A DNA stretch of 64,000 nt from the human T2T-CHM13v2.0 reference genome, Homo sapiens (GCA_009914755.4 CP068257.2:8672001-8736000); one strand, 5' to 3'. Counted from the first letter of the stretch, positions 10,926 to 25,899 are shown. The notes: a model not told the origin generated them from the letters alone. Numbers and translations are program-made.

Positions 10926-12715
10926 TTAACTTTTTAACTTTTTGTTATTTCTATTTATATTTTATTGTGCTATGTCTTGAAATGTTGTTGTGGTTATTAC
11001 TTTTGATTGGATATTATTTAGTATTCCTACTTTGAATAAGAGTAGTTTGCACACCACACAGCTATAGTGTTATAATATTCCGTTTTGTTTTGTGTCCAAT
11101 TAGCAGTGAAGATTTTTTTTTTACCTTTAGGTGATCATTTGTTGCTCGTTAATGTCCTTTTCTTCCTGATCGAAGTACTCCCTTTAGCATTCCTTTAGGA
11201 CAGGTATGGTATTCATAAAATACTTCAGCTTCTGTTTGTCTGAAAAAGTCAGTATTTCTTCTCTTTATTTGAAGAAAATTTTCACTGTATATTTTATTCT
11301 AAGGTAAAAGTTTTTTTTTCCTTTGATACTTTAAATATTTATTGCTTCTCTCTCCTGGCCAGTAGAGTTTCCACTGTAAAGTCTGCTGCCAGACGTGTTG
11401 GAGCTCCCCAGTAAGATATTTGTTCCTTTTCTCTTTCTTCCTTTATAACTTTTCTTTATCAGACTTTTGGAAGATCTATTGAATGCTTTGAAGTAGTCTT
11501 TTTTGGGTTAAATCTGCTTAATGTTCTATGACTTTTTTGTAGTTGGATATGGATATCTTTCTCTAGGTTTGGAAAATACTCTGTTATTATCCCTTTGAAT
11601 AAATTGTTCTACCCCTACATCTTTCTCTACATCTTCTTTAAAACAAATAACTCTTAGATCTGTCTTTGTGAGGCTATTTTCTAGATCCTGTCCGCATGAT
11701 TTGTTGTTTTTATTCTTTTTCTTTTGTCTCTTCTATGTATTTTCAAAGAGCCTGTCTTCAAGCTCACTATTTCTTCTGCTTGATCCATTCTGCTGTTACA
11801 TGGCTCTAATGCATTCTTCAGCATGCCAATTACATTTTTCAGCTCAGAATTTCTGCTTAGTTTGCTGTGACTATTTCAATCTCTTTGTTGAGTTTAACTG
11901 ATAAAATTTGGAATTTTTTTACTTTGTTATCTTAAATTTCTTTCAGTTTTTTTTTAAATAGAGCTATTTTGAATTCTCTGTCTGAAACATCACATATCTC
12001 TTTTTCTCCAGGATTTGTCCCCAGTGCCTTATTTAGTTCACTTGGTGAGGTCATGTTTTCCTGGATGGTGTTGATGCTAGTAGATGTTCTTCAGTGTCTG
12101 GGCATTAAAATCTTGGGCATGCAGCACCATATGAGAGGTTTAAAAAATAAAATTTAAAGAGAGAAAAGGTGAGTACTTATTGTAGTCTTCATTGTCTGGG
12201 CTTATTTGTAGCTGTCTTTCTTGGGAAGGTTTTTCACATATTTGAAAAGAGTTGGGTGTTGTGATCTAAGCCATATCTGCTTTATGGGGCACCTTATACC
12301 CAATAATACTGTAATTCTTCCAGACTCAGAGAAGTACCACCTTGACAGCCTTCAACAAGATCCAGGAGAATTTTCTGGATTACTAGCCAGAGACTCTTTT
12401 TCCCTACCCTTATTTTCTCTTAAAGATACAGAGTCTTTCTCTCTGTTCTAAGCCACCTAAAGCTGGGAGAAGAAAGACACAAGCACCCCTGGCCACCATC
12501 ACTATGACTGCCCTGGATCAGACCTGAAGCTAGCACAGCACGGGTCTTGCTCAAGTCCTGCTGCACGCACTTTCGGACGACTGCCTATGTTCATTCAAGG
12601 CCTTTGGTCTCTACAATTAGCAGGTGGCAAAGCCAGACAGTCCTGTGTTCTTTCCTTTAGGGCAGTGAGATCCCTCAGTCACTGGCTGGGTCCAGAAGTG
12701 CCATTCAGAAGTCAG
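10925..12715 (-). mobile_element. L1 (L1PB/L1MA-like) 5'UTR + ORF1 (+ first bases of inter-ORF), 3'-truncated at the GC-block boundary
   Basis: Minus-strand translation of 10960-11900 gives L1 ORF1p ('…EDRLFENT.K.QKKKNKNN…DLENSLTKTDLRVI.FKEDVEKDVGVEQF…ETLQAR…FINTRPVLQEMLKGVL'). 11900-12715 matches the L1 5'UTR also seen (inverted) at 24080-24900. Confidence 0.75.
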
Positions 12716-12719
12716 GGCT

Positions 12720-14960
12720 TTGGCCACTTTTTAATAGGGTTTTTTGTTTTTCTCTTGTAAATTTAAGTCCCTTATATTGAATATTAGATCTTTGTCAGAT
12801 ACATAGTTTGTAAATATTTTTTTCTCATTCTGTAGGTTGTCTGTTCACCCTATTGATAATTTCTTTTGCTGAGCAGAAGCTTTTAAGTTTAATTAGATCC
12901 CACTTGCCAGTAGTTGCATTTGTTGTTTTTGGTGTCTTTATCATGAAATCCTTGCCTGTTTCTATGTCCAGGATGGTATTGCCTAGGCTGTCTTCCAGGG
13001 CTTTTATAGTTTTGGGTTTTACATTTAAGTATTTGGTCCATCTTGGGTTGATTTTTGCTTATGGTATAAGGAAGAAGTCCAACTTCAATCTTCTGCATAT
13101 GGCTAGCCAGTTATCCCAGCACCATTTATTGAATAGGGAATCTTTCCCCATTGCTTGTTTTTGCCAGCTTTGTCAAAGATTAGATAGTTGTAGGTATGTG
13201 GTCTTACTTCTAACCTCTCTATTCTATTCCACTGGTGTATGTGTCTGTTTTTGTACTAGTACCATGCTGTTTTGGTTACTATAGTGCTGTAGTATAGTTT
13301 GAAGTCGGGTAATGTGATGCCTCAAGCTTTGTTCTTTTTGCTTAGCTACTTAAGTTCTTTCTTGGTTCTATATGAATTTTTAAATAGCTTTTTTCTACTT
13401 CTGTGAAGCATGTCATTGGTAGTTTAATAGGAATAGCCTTGGGCAGTACAACCATTTAAGTGATACTAATTCTTTCTCTCCATTAACATGGAATGATTTT
13501 TCATTTATTTGTGTCTTCTCTGACTTCTTTGAACAGTGTTTTGTAATTTTCATTGTAGAGATTTTTCACCTCCCTGGTTAGCTGTATTCGTATGTACTTT
13601 ATTCTTTTCGTGGAAATTGTGAATAAAATTGCCTCTGTGATTTGGCTCTTAGTTTGGCTCTTCTTGGTGTATAGGAATGCTAGCAAATTTTGTACATTGA
13701 TTTTGTGTCCTGAAACTTTGTGGAAGTTGATTATCAGCTTAAGGAGTTTTTGGGTCACAACTATAGGGTTTAGATAGAGAATTATGTTGTCTGCAAACAG
13801 AGGTAGTTGGACTTCTCTTTCTATTTAAATACGCTTTATTTCTTTCTCTTGTCTGATTGCTCCAGAAAGGACTTCTAATACTAGGTTGAATAGGAGTGGT
13901 GAGAGAGGGCATACTTGTCTTGTGCGGGTTTCAAGGAGGATGCTTCCAGATTTTGCCCATTTAGTATAATGTTGTCTGTGAGTTTGTCATAGGTGGCCTT
14001 TATTATTTTGAGGTATGTTCCTTTGATACCTCATTTACTGAGAAGTTTTAAAATGAAGCTTTGTTGAATTTTACTGAAAGCCTTTTCTGCATCTGTTGAG
14101 ACAATCACGTGGTTCTTATCTTTAGTTTTATTTATGTTACGAATCACATTTTATTAATTTGCCCATGATGGAGCAACCTTCCATTCCAGGGAAGAAGCTT
14201 ACTTCACTATGGTGAATTAGCCTTTTGATGTGTTGCTAGATTCAGTTTGCAAGTATTTTGTTGTGGATTATTGAATGGATGTTCATCAAGGATACTGGCC
14301 TGAAGTTTTCTTTTTTTGTTGTGTCACTGTCAGTATTTGGTATCAGGATGATTCTGGCCTCATAGAACAAGTTGAGGAAGAGTCCCTCCTCCTCTATTTC
14401 TTGAAATAGTTTCAGTAGGACTGGTACTGACTCTTCTTTGTACATCTGTTAAAATTTGTTAATGTATCAGGTCCTGGGATTTTGGGGGGTTGGTAGGCTA
14501 TTATGGATTCAATTTTTGGAGCTCATAATTGGTCTGCTCAGAGACTAAATTTCTTCCTGGTTCAGTCTTGAGAGAGTATATGTGTCCAGGAATTTATTAA
14601 TCTCTTCTAGGGTTTCTAGTTTGTGTGTATAGAGGTGCTCATAGTAGTTGCTGATTGTTATTTTTATTTATCTGGAGTCAGTGGTAACATTCCCTTCATC
14701 ATTTCTAATTTTGTTTATTTGAATCTTCTCTCTTTTCTTCTTTATTAATCTAGCTAGTGCACTATCTTATTAATTTTTTCAAAAAACCTTGATTAAGTGA
14801 TTGTTTGAACAGTTTTTCATGTCTCAATTTCTTTCAATTCAGCTCTGATTTTAGTTATTTCTTGTCTTCTATAAGCTTTGTGGTTGAGTTCTTCTTGCTT
14901 CTCTAATTCTTTCAGTTATGATGTTAGGTTGTTAATTTGAGATATTTCTAATTTTTTGAT
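12720..14960 (-). mobile_element. L1 3' portion (ORF2 RT region to 3' end), separate 5'-truncated insertion
   Basis: Minus ORFs 13501-13758 ('…[24 protein letters not shown]…[17 protein letters not shown]') and 14242-14445 ('…[47 protein letters not shown]') are L1 ORF2 RT motifs. + ORF 12853-13284 is the typical antisense read of the L1 3' end. Confidence 0.8.
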
Positions 14961-17229
14961 ATGAGCATTACTTCTTATGCCCTACTCTAACTTTTGTCCC
15001 TCTAGAAAACTCAGAACTATGCTTTCTAAACCAATTCAAACTTTTTCAGTGAATCAACCTGGTCTCCCTGAGACAAAGTTAGCAATTTTCCATTACACAT
15101 GGTTCTCTTTCTCTGTAAGAATATCTAATGCAACAATGCAAGTGTTTCTTTCCCTCCTGGTAATGCAGGGAACTCCTTTTGGCTGAGACCAAGACTTAAA
15201 ACCTTGTTCTCTCAACATTAATGATCTATTTAGAGAGCCTCCATTTTTACAGAAAAGATATACAAACACCAATGAAAATAAATATGAAATTATATGACAT
15301 ACAATTATATTGTTGAAAGACTGAATAAATAAATGAACTAAGCTGTAAGAAAAAAAGATGATGATATTAAATGATATAGAAGTAAAAACCTGGGCTGGTA
15401 TAGCATAATTAATGTATCAGTAAAGTATGTACCTTTTAGAAGTGGCAGGAAGACAGCATAGAGAGTGAGACCTGACCAAAAGCTTTAAGGAAAATTCTAT
15501 ACCCTTAAATGAGATTAAAGTGGACTCAGGAAAACATGCGCCACAAGAATGGAAGGACAAATGTTCCAGACGGGCCAAATCTCAGAGCATCTCTACCTTC
15601 TCCAGGAGGAAAGGGGAGGCAAAGCAGCAGGCAGAAGACAGCACGGCCAGGTCAGCACAGGGCACCCAGGCCAAGCCAGGTGGTCTCCATCGTACAGGTA
15701 GTGATGAGCCACTGCCAGGTGGGCTTTATTCATTAGTTTGTTTTGTTTCCTTTACTAACGAAGACACATGATCAAAGTTGACCTTAGTAAGTGTTGCTGC
15801 AGCTGAACAAAAAGATAGATAAAACCAGCGTTTTAAAAATTATGTTGTATACAGCACTAGCCTCAGTAAGATATTAGTAGAACACACAGGCACATACAGG
15901 CACACACACTCACACTGAGGCCAAATTATTCTGGCAAATGCTGGGTTAAGCAAACTAAAAGAAACATCTTTAGTGCTGGACTTCTCAGAACCTGGAATAT
16001 GGCTATATGACTCATGAAACAGCAAGGTTAAGAGAGAGCATGTCATTTTTTCCCAGAAATGTTGAAACACTTTCCTTCCCTTGGCTTCAGTGTCACTTTC
16101 TTTCTCCTGGTTCTCCATCAACCTCTTTGGCTGCTCCTCCTTGATTTCCTTTTTGACAATCTGCTGCTGCTCAGCCATTCTCTTTTAATTCCCCAAGGAT
16201 TTCTCAAGTGTGTTACTATTCCTGCATTTTAAACTTTCCTTGTTTTTCCTGACCTCTCCTTGTCTGACCCTCCCCTGTTCTAAGGCAGGTGATCCATCTG
16301 TGTGTGCTTTTGGCATCCTGGGATGCTCCCAGCATGTTCCCTGCCACACTCCATCAAGTTTTCCCTGCAGACTCCGCAAAGGCAGCAGCCTTGTCTCCAC
16401 CATTCCTTCAATGCTCAGTACGTAACACAGAAGCTGACTCCATAACATTTAGTTGGCCAACTGAGACTAAATGTATGTTCCTCTAGATCTTAAAAAGTTA
16501 CAGAAACATAGCACAATAGTCAAAAAAATTGTCTTTAGTCAGGAGTTCTCCATATATGTACAACAGTTTGAAGTCATTATTAAGCAAAATGAAACAGAAA
16601 CTGTCACAGAATTCCCTAAGATAAATTATTTTGCTTTAATCTTCAATTCATCATGTGAAATAATCAAGACCATGTGTTATTGTAAATATTTCTAGCTTAC
16701 AACACAACAACCTGATTTTTACTGTTTGAAATAACCATAATATAAATCAGTTAATTAAAAATTGCATAAATAATCCTTTCAAATAAAATTCTGCCTAAAT
16801 TTTACATTACTCATATGTTCAAATGATAATGAGCTCATAGGATTTTCCAATACCTCAGTCAAAACATTGTACTGATTGCAGCTGTGGGAATAGTACCTTA
16901 AAGTTATCTTACAGATGGGGAAAAGGTACCTATGTGACATTGGCCTTTGCACTACTGTACCCTTTTGGGTCAGGAAAAAGCTGTTCCCTTAAAGTCCTAA
17001 AATCTCTTCTGTCAGGTCTAAAGGGTGGGTGGGAAACATAGTTTTTAAATTTTAGCCACAGATGTTTTATTCCTTGCTTAAAGCAGTGACTAGATAAAGG
17101 CCACTAGAAGAGTCTCCAACGTTCCTTTAGAAGCATGTGTCTGAGAACATCTTCCTGAAACACTCCCTTGTCTCTGCCCAAAATCACCTTAGGTAGGAAA
17201 ATCACAACTCAGCAGGCTGAGGGGATCCA

Positions 17230-17830
17230 AGGGGATCATTGAGCTCTGAGGCTTATGAGAGAAGAGAGAGAGGTCTAAGACTTTTTGTGTATAAATTTAT
17301 GGGTTCCAAGTGCAATTTTGCTGTAAGCACGGATGGCATAGTGGTGAAGTCAGGGCTTTTAGGGTATCCATCACTGGAATAATGCACATTGTACCCATTA
17401 AGTAATTTCTCACTGTTCACCTCTTCCATCCCCTCACCCTGCTGAGTCTCCATTATCATTCCACTCTCTACATCAATACCTACACATCTTTTAGCACCCG
17501 CTTATGAGTGATAAAATACGATGTTTACTCTGTGTCTGGTTTGTTTCACTTACAACAATGGCCTCCAGTTCCATCCATGTGTCTGCAAAAATTATGATTC
17601 TATTGTTTTTTACGCCTGAATAGTATTTCATTGTGTATATTTTCTACATTTTCTTTCTCCAATCATTTGTTGATGGACATTAGGTTGATTTTATATCTGT
17701 GCTACTGTGAATAGTGTTGCAACAAATATAAAAGTACAGTTATATTTCTGATACATTGATTTTTTTTTCCTTTGCAAAAATACTCAGCGGTGGGATTGCT
17801 GAATCAGACAGAGCCAATTGATGATCAGTA
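17230..17830 (-). mobile_element. L1 3'-end fragment (ORF2 C-terminus + 3'UTR), antisense
   Basis: Minus ORF 17253-17459 '…GYNVHYSSDGYPKSPDFTTM…' is a typical L1 3'UTR-derived reading. + strand 17480-17830 reads like the antisense of L1 ORF2 C-terminus ('NGLQFHPCVCKNYDSIVFYA.IVFHCVY'). Confidence 0.5.
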
Positions 17831-20800
17831 ATGGTGGCCAATAATCAGCTGGAAACAAAGTACTTAGCAGGGCTTGAAAACACCAAAACTCTGAGACCAC
17901 TGACCTTCAAAAACTTCAACAGCCCTGAGTGAAAAGTCCAAACACATTTATCTACCATTCAAAGACCCTTTATTGTCTGTCCTCTGCGCATCTCAGTAGT
18001 CTCTTTTTACCACACTGTCTATATACTGCATGAGCCATTTATATGAAACTATCTGACACTCCAAGGCATCTTATACTATATATTCAATCATGTATCCCTA
18101 GTAATTAGCACAGTCCTGGCATATAGTTTGCTACTAAACTTTTGCAGAATGAAGGAATTATCTTGTATCCAGGTTCCAAGTTTTAAGGTGATTCTTCACA
18201 AAAAAAAAGTATTACAGCTCACAAATAATCTACTTCCTTTTTTAGAAATGGGATTGATTTTAATCTTATACCCTAATAACATTACTTTCATTTACTCCTA
18301 TCTAAATATACTGTCCTAAGAGAGCAATAAGAAAGAGAGTTGAAGCTGGAGCTTGAAGAATTGTACATGGTCCTGTGATACCCTACCTTGTTTTAACCTG
18401 AGTGACTCTCTCCTAGTGGAGGGAGAGCCGGACAGACCCCATTTTAGTTTCTTCACATGCAGCCCCCTTTATCTCCCTTCCTTAAGGGCATAACTAGTGT
18501 AAACTGACTCAAAGCACATCCAGGAATGTGGTTACTATTAAGATATTGAGGCAAGCTGCACCAGCAGCTCCTGGGGACGCACTCGGTGAATGGCACCCAA
18601 AACCCCTGTATTTCTCTCTTTGTGATAGTTTAAGCCCCTGCACCTGGAATGTTTTTTTTTTTGTAACTGCTTTTGTAACCGATTAATTTTTTTAACTTTT
18701 TGCCAGCTCTGCTTCTGTAAAAATTGCTTCAGCTAAACTCCCCCCTCCCCTATTTAGACCACGGTATAAAAACAAAACCAGCCCCTTCCTCGGGGCCCAG
18801 AGAATTTTGAGCGTTAGCTGCCTCTCGGTCGCTGGCTAATAAGGGACTCCTTAATTTGTCTCAAAAGGTGGCGTTCCTCTATAACTCGCTTGGTTACAAC
18901 AGTCCACACTGTGGCCTGAGGTGCATCACCCACCTGAGCTTCATCTGTTAGGTATGTCAGGGAAGGTAAGCAGGGTGAGAGAGGCCTCATCAGAGGACCC
19001 CAGATCTCTGGCTTCCCCATCTGACAAGTGCACCTCTGTGAACAAAGACTTCAGAGCCAGATGACAAGAACGGCCCAAGCAGTCCACCAGGGAAACCTGG
19101 GCCCAGTGTACATCAATGCAGAGCATCAAGCACGGTGTAACAGGTGCACAGTTGCCTATTCCTGTTCAGAGATGACTGCGTCCCACACACTGTAAAATGA
19201 GGAAATGCAGAGAAGCAGATGTAACTGAAGAAGACAGCAGGAACAACAAGGAGGGACAACCATGACCTAGGAGGGCACCATGCCAGAGACGCCTGGACCC
19301 TACGCTAGGGTCAGTGCTTGTTATACTCTTGGGACCCAGAGCTTTCCTTCTCCATCATGTGGCATACTTGGCATTATTTGTTGTTTAAAATATTGTCCTT
19401 AGTTTTTACCTTTCCTAGGAGACACAGGCAGACCCTGTGACACTACAGGGTCTGGCACACAGTAGGTGCATCACAAACATCTGCCGACTTCACACTCTGT
19501 TGCCTTCTCAAGCCTTCTTGTCAAGTCTTCAGTGAAAAGGAATTGCTGTTTGAGCAAGAATTAAACTTCTAGAGACTCCTGGATCCACTGAAGTTTGAGA
19601 CAAGGTGAGATTTGTTTACTGCCATATTCCTAGCTCATAGCATACTGTAGTCAATTAAAAAAGTTTGTTGAATCAGTGAGTGAATTGATTCATGTCATAC
19701 TTAGCTATATATTTTCCGAGTAAAATTTATAAATTTAATGGTTTACTTCTAGTATAATTTTACTTTACTTATTCAACGAACCTGACAATTCAACTAGGTG
19801 CCAGGCACACCGCTGCTGAAGAAAAAGAGGTATAAGATACAATTTCTGTCTACAAGAAAGCCACGGTCTAAAAAGTAGAAACATATGAACAAATCATAAC
19901 AATAAACAGGCTAAATTCAAAATCAGAGGGGTTTGTTTCTATTTTAAACAGCTCTTGTCAGGAAGTGCGAGAAAGTTCTAAACAAGAAATGATCAAACAC
20001 ACCATCCAAGCATGAAGCAGAAGACACCCATAATTGAGTTTGCTTCCACCAACCCCAACAGCAAGAATTCCAGTCCTGCTGCTGCAAAGTAAGTGTCACT
20101 CTGATTTTATTACTGCTGTGTAACGCAGTTTTAGACTCTTGGGTTTTCACTTAATGTTCTAAAAAAGTATTAAAGAGAAAATATTTTTATGGTGATGAGC
20201 CCATCCACTGCAGCCATCTCAACATCATACCAATTATAAGCCCTATCATTTAAAAAGAAAACTGTTAGTTTAACTTATTTATCCAAATATCAGTATTAGA
20301 TAAACATGTTTGTCATCAGACTTTGGATTTATGGGTTAAATAGCATATAAATATGATTAGAGCCTTAAAGTTTACACTTTTCTGGTTTGCTCAAATTTTA
20401 TTCAAAATAACATATGTCTTTCAAAAAAATTGTTAGTATATATTTTTAAATGAACATTAAAATATATATTTTCCAAAAACAAAATACAGCTCCCACTGGT
20501 AAATGATGATGTTGAGATACAACAGACAACTTCTCTTGGGAACCATTTAATCAGTGCTCACTTTTGCACTCTTTCCAGAAATGTCAATGGCTTTAAAATG
20601 CAAAAGTATATTATACAACTAAACTTACACTTATCAGTATTGTGCAATATTTAGTACTTGTTCTAGCTATCTCTTGCTGAATAGTAAGCCATTCCAAAAC
20701 TTAAGGAATTATTTATTGTTTAATATTGTTTATTGTTATTATTTATTTAGTGATTTTAAATAATGTTATTTCTCATGGTTTTGTGGGTTGACGGGCACTA

Positions 20801-21891
20801 CAAAAGTTCTCTTTTGGAGTCTTTCTTGCAGTTGTGGTTGGTTGGCTGCTGCTGAAGTCACCTGAAAACTCAACTAGGCTAAAGAGCCTAGATGGGTCAC
20901 TCACATGGCTGGCAGTGCATGTTGGCTGCTGAGTGTGATGCGTATCTGGCCTCTCCATGTTATCTGGAGTGCTCACAACGTGGTAGTTGGTCCCAAGAGA
21001 CACAGGCAAATACTACAAAGCTTCTTAGGACCTAGCCTTGGAGGTCCTAGAATACAACTTCTGCTCCATCCTGTTGGTAAAGCAAGTCATTGTGATCAGC
21101 ACAGATTCAAGAAATGGGAGATTCGACTCTAACTCTCCATGTAAAGAGCAGCATGTTCATGCAGGGAGGAAAGAAATTGAGGGCATCATCTTGAAGACTA
21201 TCATATTACACCATTATTCCAACTAATGAACATTATGTTTTAGATGGGTAGTACTAGCTACTCATCTCTCCCCCAGAAACCCAAGCTAAGCATGGACATA
21301 TTGAAGAGAATGTCAACACCATTAAAAAAACTCTAGAAAAATCACATGTGATGACTGAGGTTAATTCAGTCTGTCAATTACATCAATATAATTCCCTCTT
21401 GTAACCCTAAATATGGTGAAGCAGAATTGAATTCTACAAAAGTCTTTCATCTGTTTTCCTATGGAATAATTAACAAACCCAATAAATGTATAAATAGTAT
21501 GAAGTCCAATTTATTTTAGATTTTTACCTCTTAATTTCAAAGCTTATAGAAATCCATAGAACTAATCATCATAATCCATAATGCCTGGACCAGAAGTCCT
21601 TGTTCTAAGAGTGTCTTGTGGCATGCTAAAAACGTATTACTAACTGGGAAATTTAAAACTTTTTGGTTAGTGATTTTAAGAGAGATGACTAGCTCATCAC
21701 CACAATTCACGCAGATCAAGAAAGGAGATTATTCTGCTGAGTGGATTAATAGTGATCAGAAAAAAAAAATCACAAAAGAGGAAAGGAGATAGAGAAGGGG
21801 AAACATACAGTCAATCACTACAATTAAGGTGATTTTTCAAATGGTTTATTTTGTATTTGCAAAGGAAAGGCAGCTTATTGCGATAGAATAA

Positions 21892-22206
<315 letters not shown>

Positions 22207-22214
22207 TCCTCTTG

Positions 22215-23080
22215 TTTTGAGAAGTGTCTGTTTATGTTCCTTGTCAATGTTTTAATGAGGTTGTTTTCTTAATGTTCAACATCACTAATCATCAGATAAA
22301 TGTAAATCAATGTGAGATACCATCTCATATTAGTCAGAATGGCTACTATTAAAAAGTAAAAAAATAACAAATTCTGGTTAGACTTCAGAGAAAATGAAAT
22401 GCTTATACACTGTTGGTGAGAATGTAAATTAGTTCAGCCACTGTGAAAAGCAGTTGGGAGATTTTTCAAAGAATTTAAAACAGAAGTACCATTCAACCAG
22501 CAATTCCATTACTGAGTATACATCCGAAAGAAAATTAAAAATTCTACAAAGAGAAACCCCACATGCACTTGTATATGCGTCATATTGCTATTCACAATAG
22601 GGAAGGCATGGAATTAACTTATGTGTGAATCAATAAATTGGATACAAATACGTGCCACATATACACCATAAAATACTATGCACACATTAAAAAGAATACA
22701 ATCATGTCCTGTGCAGCAACATGCATACTTCTGGAGGCCATTATCCTAGGGCAATTAATACAGGAACAGAAAACAAAATACCACATGTTCTTGCCTATAA
22801 GTAGGATCTAAACATGGGGTACTCATGAATATAAAGATGACAGCAATAGACACTGAGAACTACTAGATGAAGGAGGGCAGGAGGAGGGGAGGGGGTGAGA
22901 AACTATGAGTTCTATGCTTACTGCCTAGCTGATGGGATCAATTATATCCCACAATATATGCTCACTACCTTGGTGATGGGATCAATAATATCCCACATTG
23001 CTTAGCATCACACAATATATCCAGGTAATAAACCTGCAAATATACTCCCTGAATCTAAAAATTTTAAGGCAGAGACAGAA
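22215..23080 (+). mobile_element. L1 3'-end fragment (ORF2 C-terminus + 3'UTR), sense
   Basis: + translation '…HVLCSNMHTSGGHYPRAINTGTENKIPHVL…' parallels L1 ORF2 C-terminus ('…ILSFAATWMELEAIILSELTQEQKTKYRMFSL'). 3'UTR-like end '…aacctgcaaatatactccctgaatctaaaaatt'. Confidence 0.6.
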
Positions 23081-24899
23081 TAAGAGGGCAGAAGAGAAGC
23101 CTACATTCTCATCCACCACACAAAAACACCAAATTTTCACAATTCACTACATTCAAGAAGCACTGTCAAAGGGACTAAAAATTGGGTGAGCTATCACAGT
23201 GCCTGGTATTAACTTCATATCATTGAAACAGACATTGGAGAAGATAAACAAATAAAAGACGGTCTAGAAGCAAGGATGCCACCTCTTTTTCAACCACCAG
23301 TAGTGGCTACATCGTGCAGAGATAGTATGTTTGTGAGAGGGAGAGCATAGTTTGTGAGGCTTTGCAATAAACTCAGTACTACCCTGTCACAGTGAAAAGC
23401 AGAACCAGACTGTACTCAGCTGACATCTCCCAATGGGGGGAGCACTTGTATTGGCCTTACAAAGAGGAATACCTCCCATCCCAGTATTGGGAGCTTCAGT
23501 TTTTACAAGTCTTGCCGTGATGTGTTGACGTGCTATTGGACTCTAAGAGAACTTAAGGGGCAGTCTAGGCCACAAGGACTTCAATTATTAGGCAAGTCAT
23601 ATTCCGAGCTGGGCTCAGAGCCAGTTGAATGTGGAGGGTGGGGAGAATGAGGTCTACTGAGACAGCAACCAGAGAAGCTAAGGGAGTGCTCACAACACCA
23701 CTAACCCACTCCCACCTAGCAGCAGCCACACAACACAGAGAAACCTGTGAATTTGGGAGAGGGAGCGCACAGTGATTAGAGGAACCAGAATAAAAAACAG
23801 TGACAACCAGGTAATACACCATGGGCATTGGGCTCTGAGAAGCGCTAACTTCAGGGGTGACCCAGTACATTTCCAGCTGTGGTAGCTGTGGTGAAAGACT
23901 TCTGTTTGAGAAAAGCAGGGGGGAAAGTAAAGGGACCTCTGCGTTGCACATGATATGCCAGCTCAACCGCAGTGGGGTAGAGCACCAAGCGGATTCTTAG
24001 AGTCCCTGAGTCCAGGCCTAGGGTCTTCTTGGTCAGCATTTCTGCACTTGCCCTGGGCCAAAGGTCGAGTCCCAGGCATTGCAGAATTTATCTCAAGATA
24101 ATTAAAGAGTCCTTGGGCTTTAAGTGAGAAAGTGATGATGATTTGGTGGAAACCCCCCATGGGCCAGTAGTGTTGGCAGTCATAGAAGAGGCTCTTCTGC
24201 CTGAAGACAGGGGAAGGAAGAGTAGAAAATACTTTGTCTTATTCCCTAAGTGCAAGGTTAGCTACAATAAAATAGAAGAGCAGGTAAATTTTGAAGATCC
24301 TATGCTTTAATCTGTGGCTCCCAGGTAGCATCTGTGGACCCACTCATGGCTAGGGGAACTTGCCACCCTATAGGCAGAGACACAATCCTGGCTGACTTTG
24401 CCATCTATTAATCACAGAGTCCTAGGGCTTTGAATAAACTTATATGGTAGCCAAGTAGTGGTTGCAGTGGGCCTTGCGTGAGACCAAGTTCTGTGCCTAC
24501 TTCAGGTGTGAACCAGCACAGTCTCAGTGGTGGTGGCCACAGGAGTGCTTATGTTACCCAAACCCCAGCTCCACATGTCTCAGCACAGAAAGAGAGACTG
24601 CTGATTTGAGATAAAGTAAGGAAAGAGAACATGAGTCTCTACTTGATAAATCAAGAGAATTTTTCTTGATATTAATCCAAGGCCACCAAGGCAGTACCTC
24701 TACGTGTTTGCATAAACTACAGTGCTATTGGGTTTGGGACCCAAGTTTCTTTGAATACCTGGAAAGTGTTCCCAAAATTAATGGGCACTAACAAGCCCAG
24801 ACTGTGAAGACTACAATAAAGACTGAACTCTTCAATGCCCAGATACAGATGAACATCTACATGTATCAAGGCCATCCAGGAAAACATGACCTCACCAAA

Positions 24900-25790
24900 C
24901 AAGCTAAATAAACTGCCAGGGAAAAATCCTGGAAAAACAGAGATATGTGACTTTTCATACAGGAAATCCAAAATAGCAGGTTGAGGTAATTCAAAGAAAT
25001 GTACAATATAACACAGAGAAGGAATTCAAAATTATATCAGATAAATTTTAACAATGAGATTGAAATAAAAAGAATAAAGCAGAAATTCTGAAGTTAAAAT
25101 GCTATTGTCATACTGAAGAATAGATCAGAATTACTTAAAAGAATTGACCAAGGAGAAGACAGATTTAGTGAACTTGAATTCAGACTATTTAAAAATACAA
25201 AGTCAGAGGAGACAAAAAAGAATAAAAAATAAAGAATGCCTATAGAATTTAAAAAATAGCCTCAACATAGCAAATCTAAGAGTTATTGGCCTTAAATAGG
25301 AGGTAGAAAAAGAGATGAGTTGAATATTTATTTAAATAAATAATATTAAATAATATTGAACAATTCCTCAAATTTGATATCAACATTCGAGTAACAAAAA
25401 GTTACAGAACAGAAAGCAGATTTAACCCAAAGAAGACCACCTCAAGGCACCTAACTGAACTCCCAAATGTTAAGGATAAAGAAATGATTCTAAAAGCATC
25501 GAGAGAAGAGAAACAAATAACATTCAGTGGAACTCCAATACATCTGACAGCAGAATTTTCAGGGAAAAATTTACAGGCTGGGAGACTGGCATGACATATT
25601 TAAAAAGCTGAAGAAAAAAAAAAGACTTTTACTTTAGAATAATGTATCTGGCAAAAAAGTCTCTTAAACTTGACAGAAAAATAAGAACTTTTTCCGACAA
25701 AGAAAAACTGAGGGATTTCATTAACACCAGACCTGTCCTACAAGAAATGCTAAAGGGATATCTTAACCTAAAAGAAAAAAAGTGAGCAAG
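24900..25790 (+). pseudogene. Old-L1 ORF1 remnant (multiple stops)
   Basis: + translation '…SELEFRLFKNTKSEETKKNKK.RMPIEFKK…GDWHDIFKKLKKKK.DFYFRIMYLAKKSLKLDRKIRTFSDKEKLRDFINTRPVLQEMLKGYLNLKEKK*' matches the L1 ORF1p pattern. Confidence 0.7.
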
Positions 25791-25899
25791 AAGAAATCAT
25801 CTGAAGGTACAGGACTCACTAGCAATAGCACAAGGAAAAACACAGAATATTATAATATGGCAATTATGGGGTGCAAAAATCTCAAATACAAAGAGTAAA

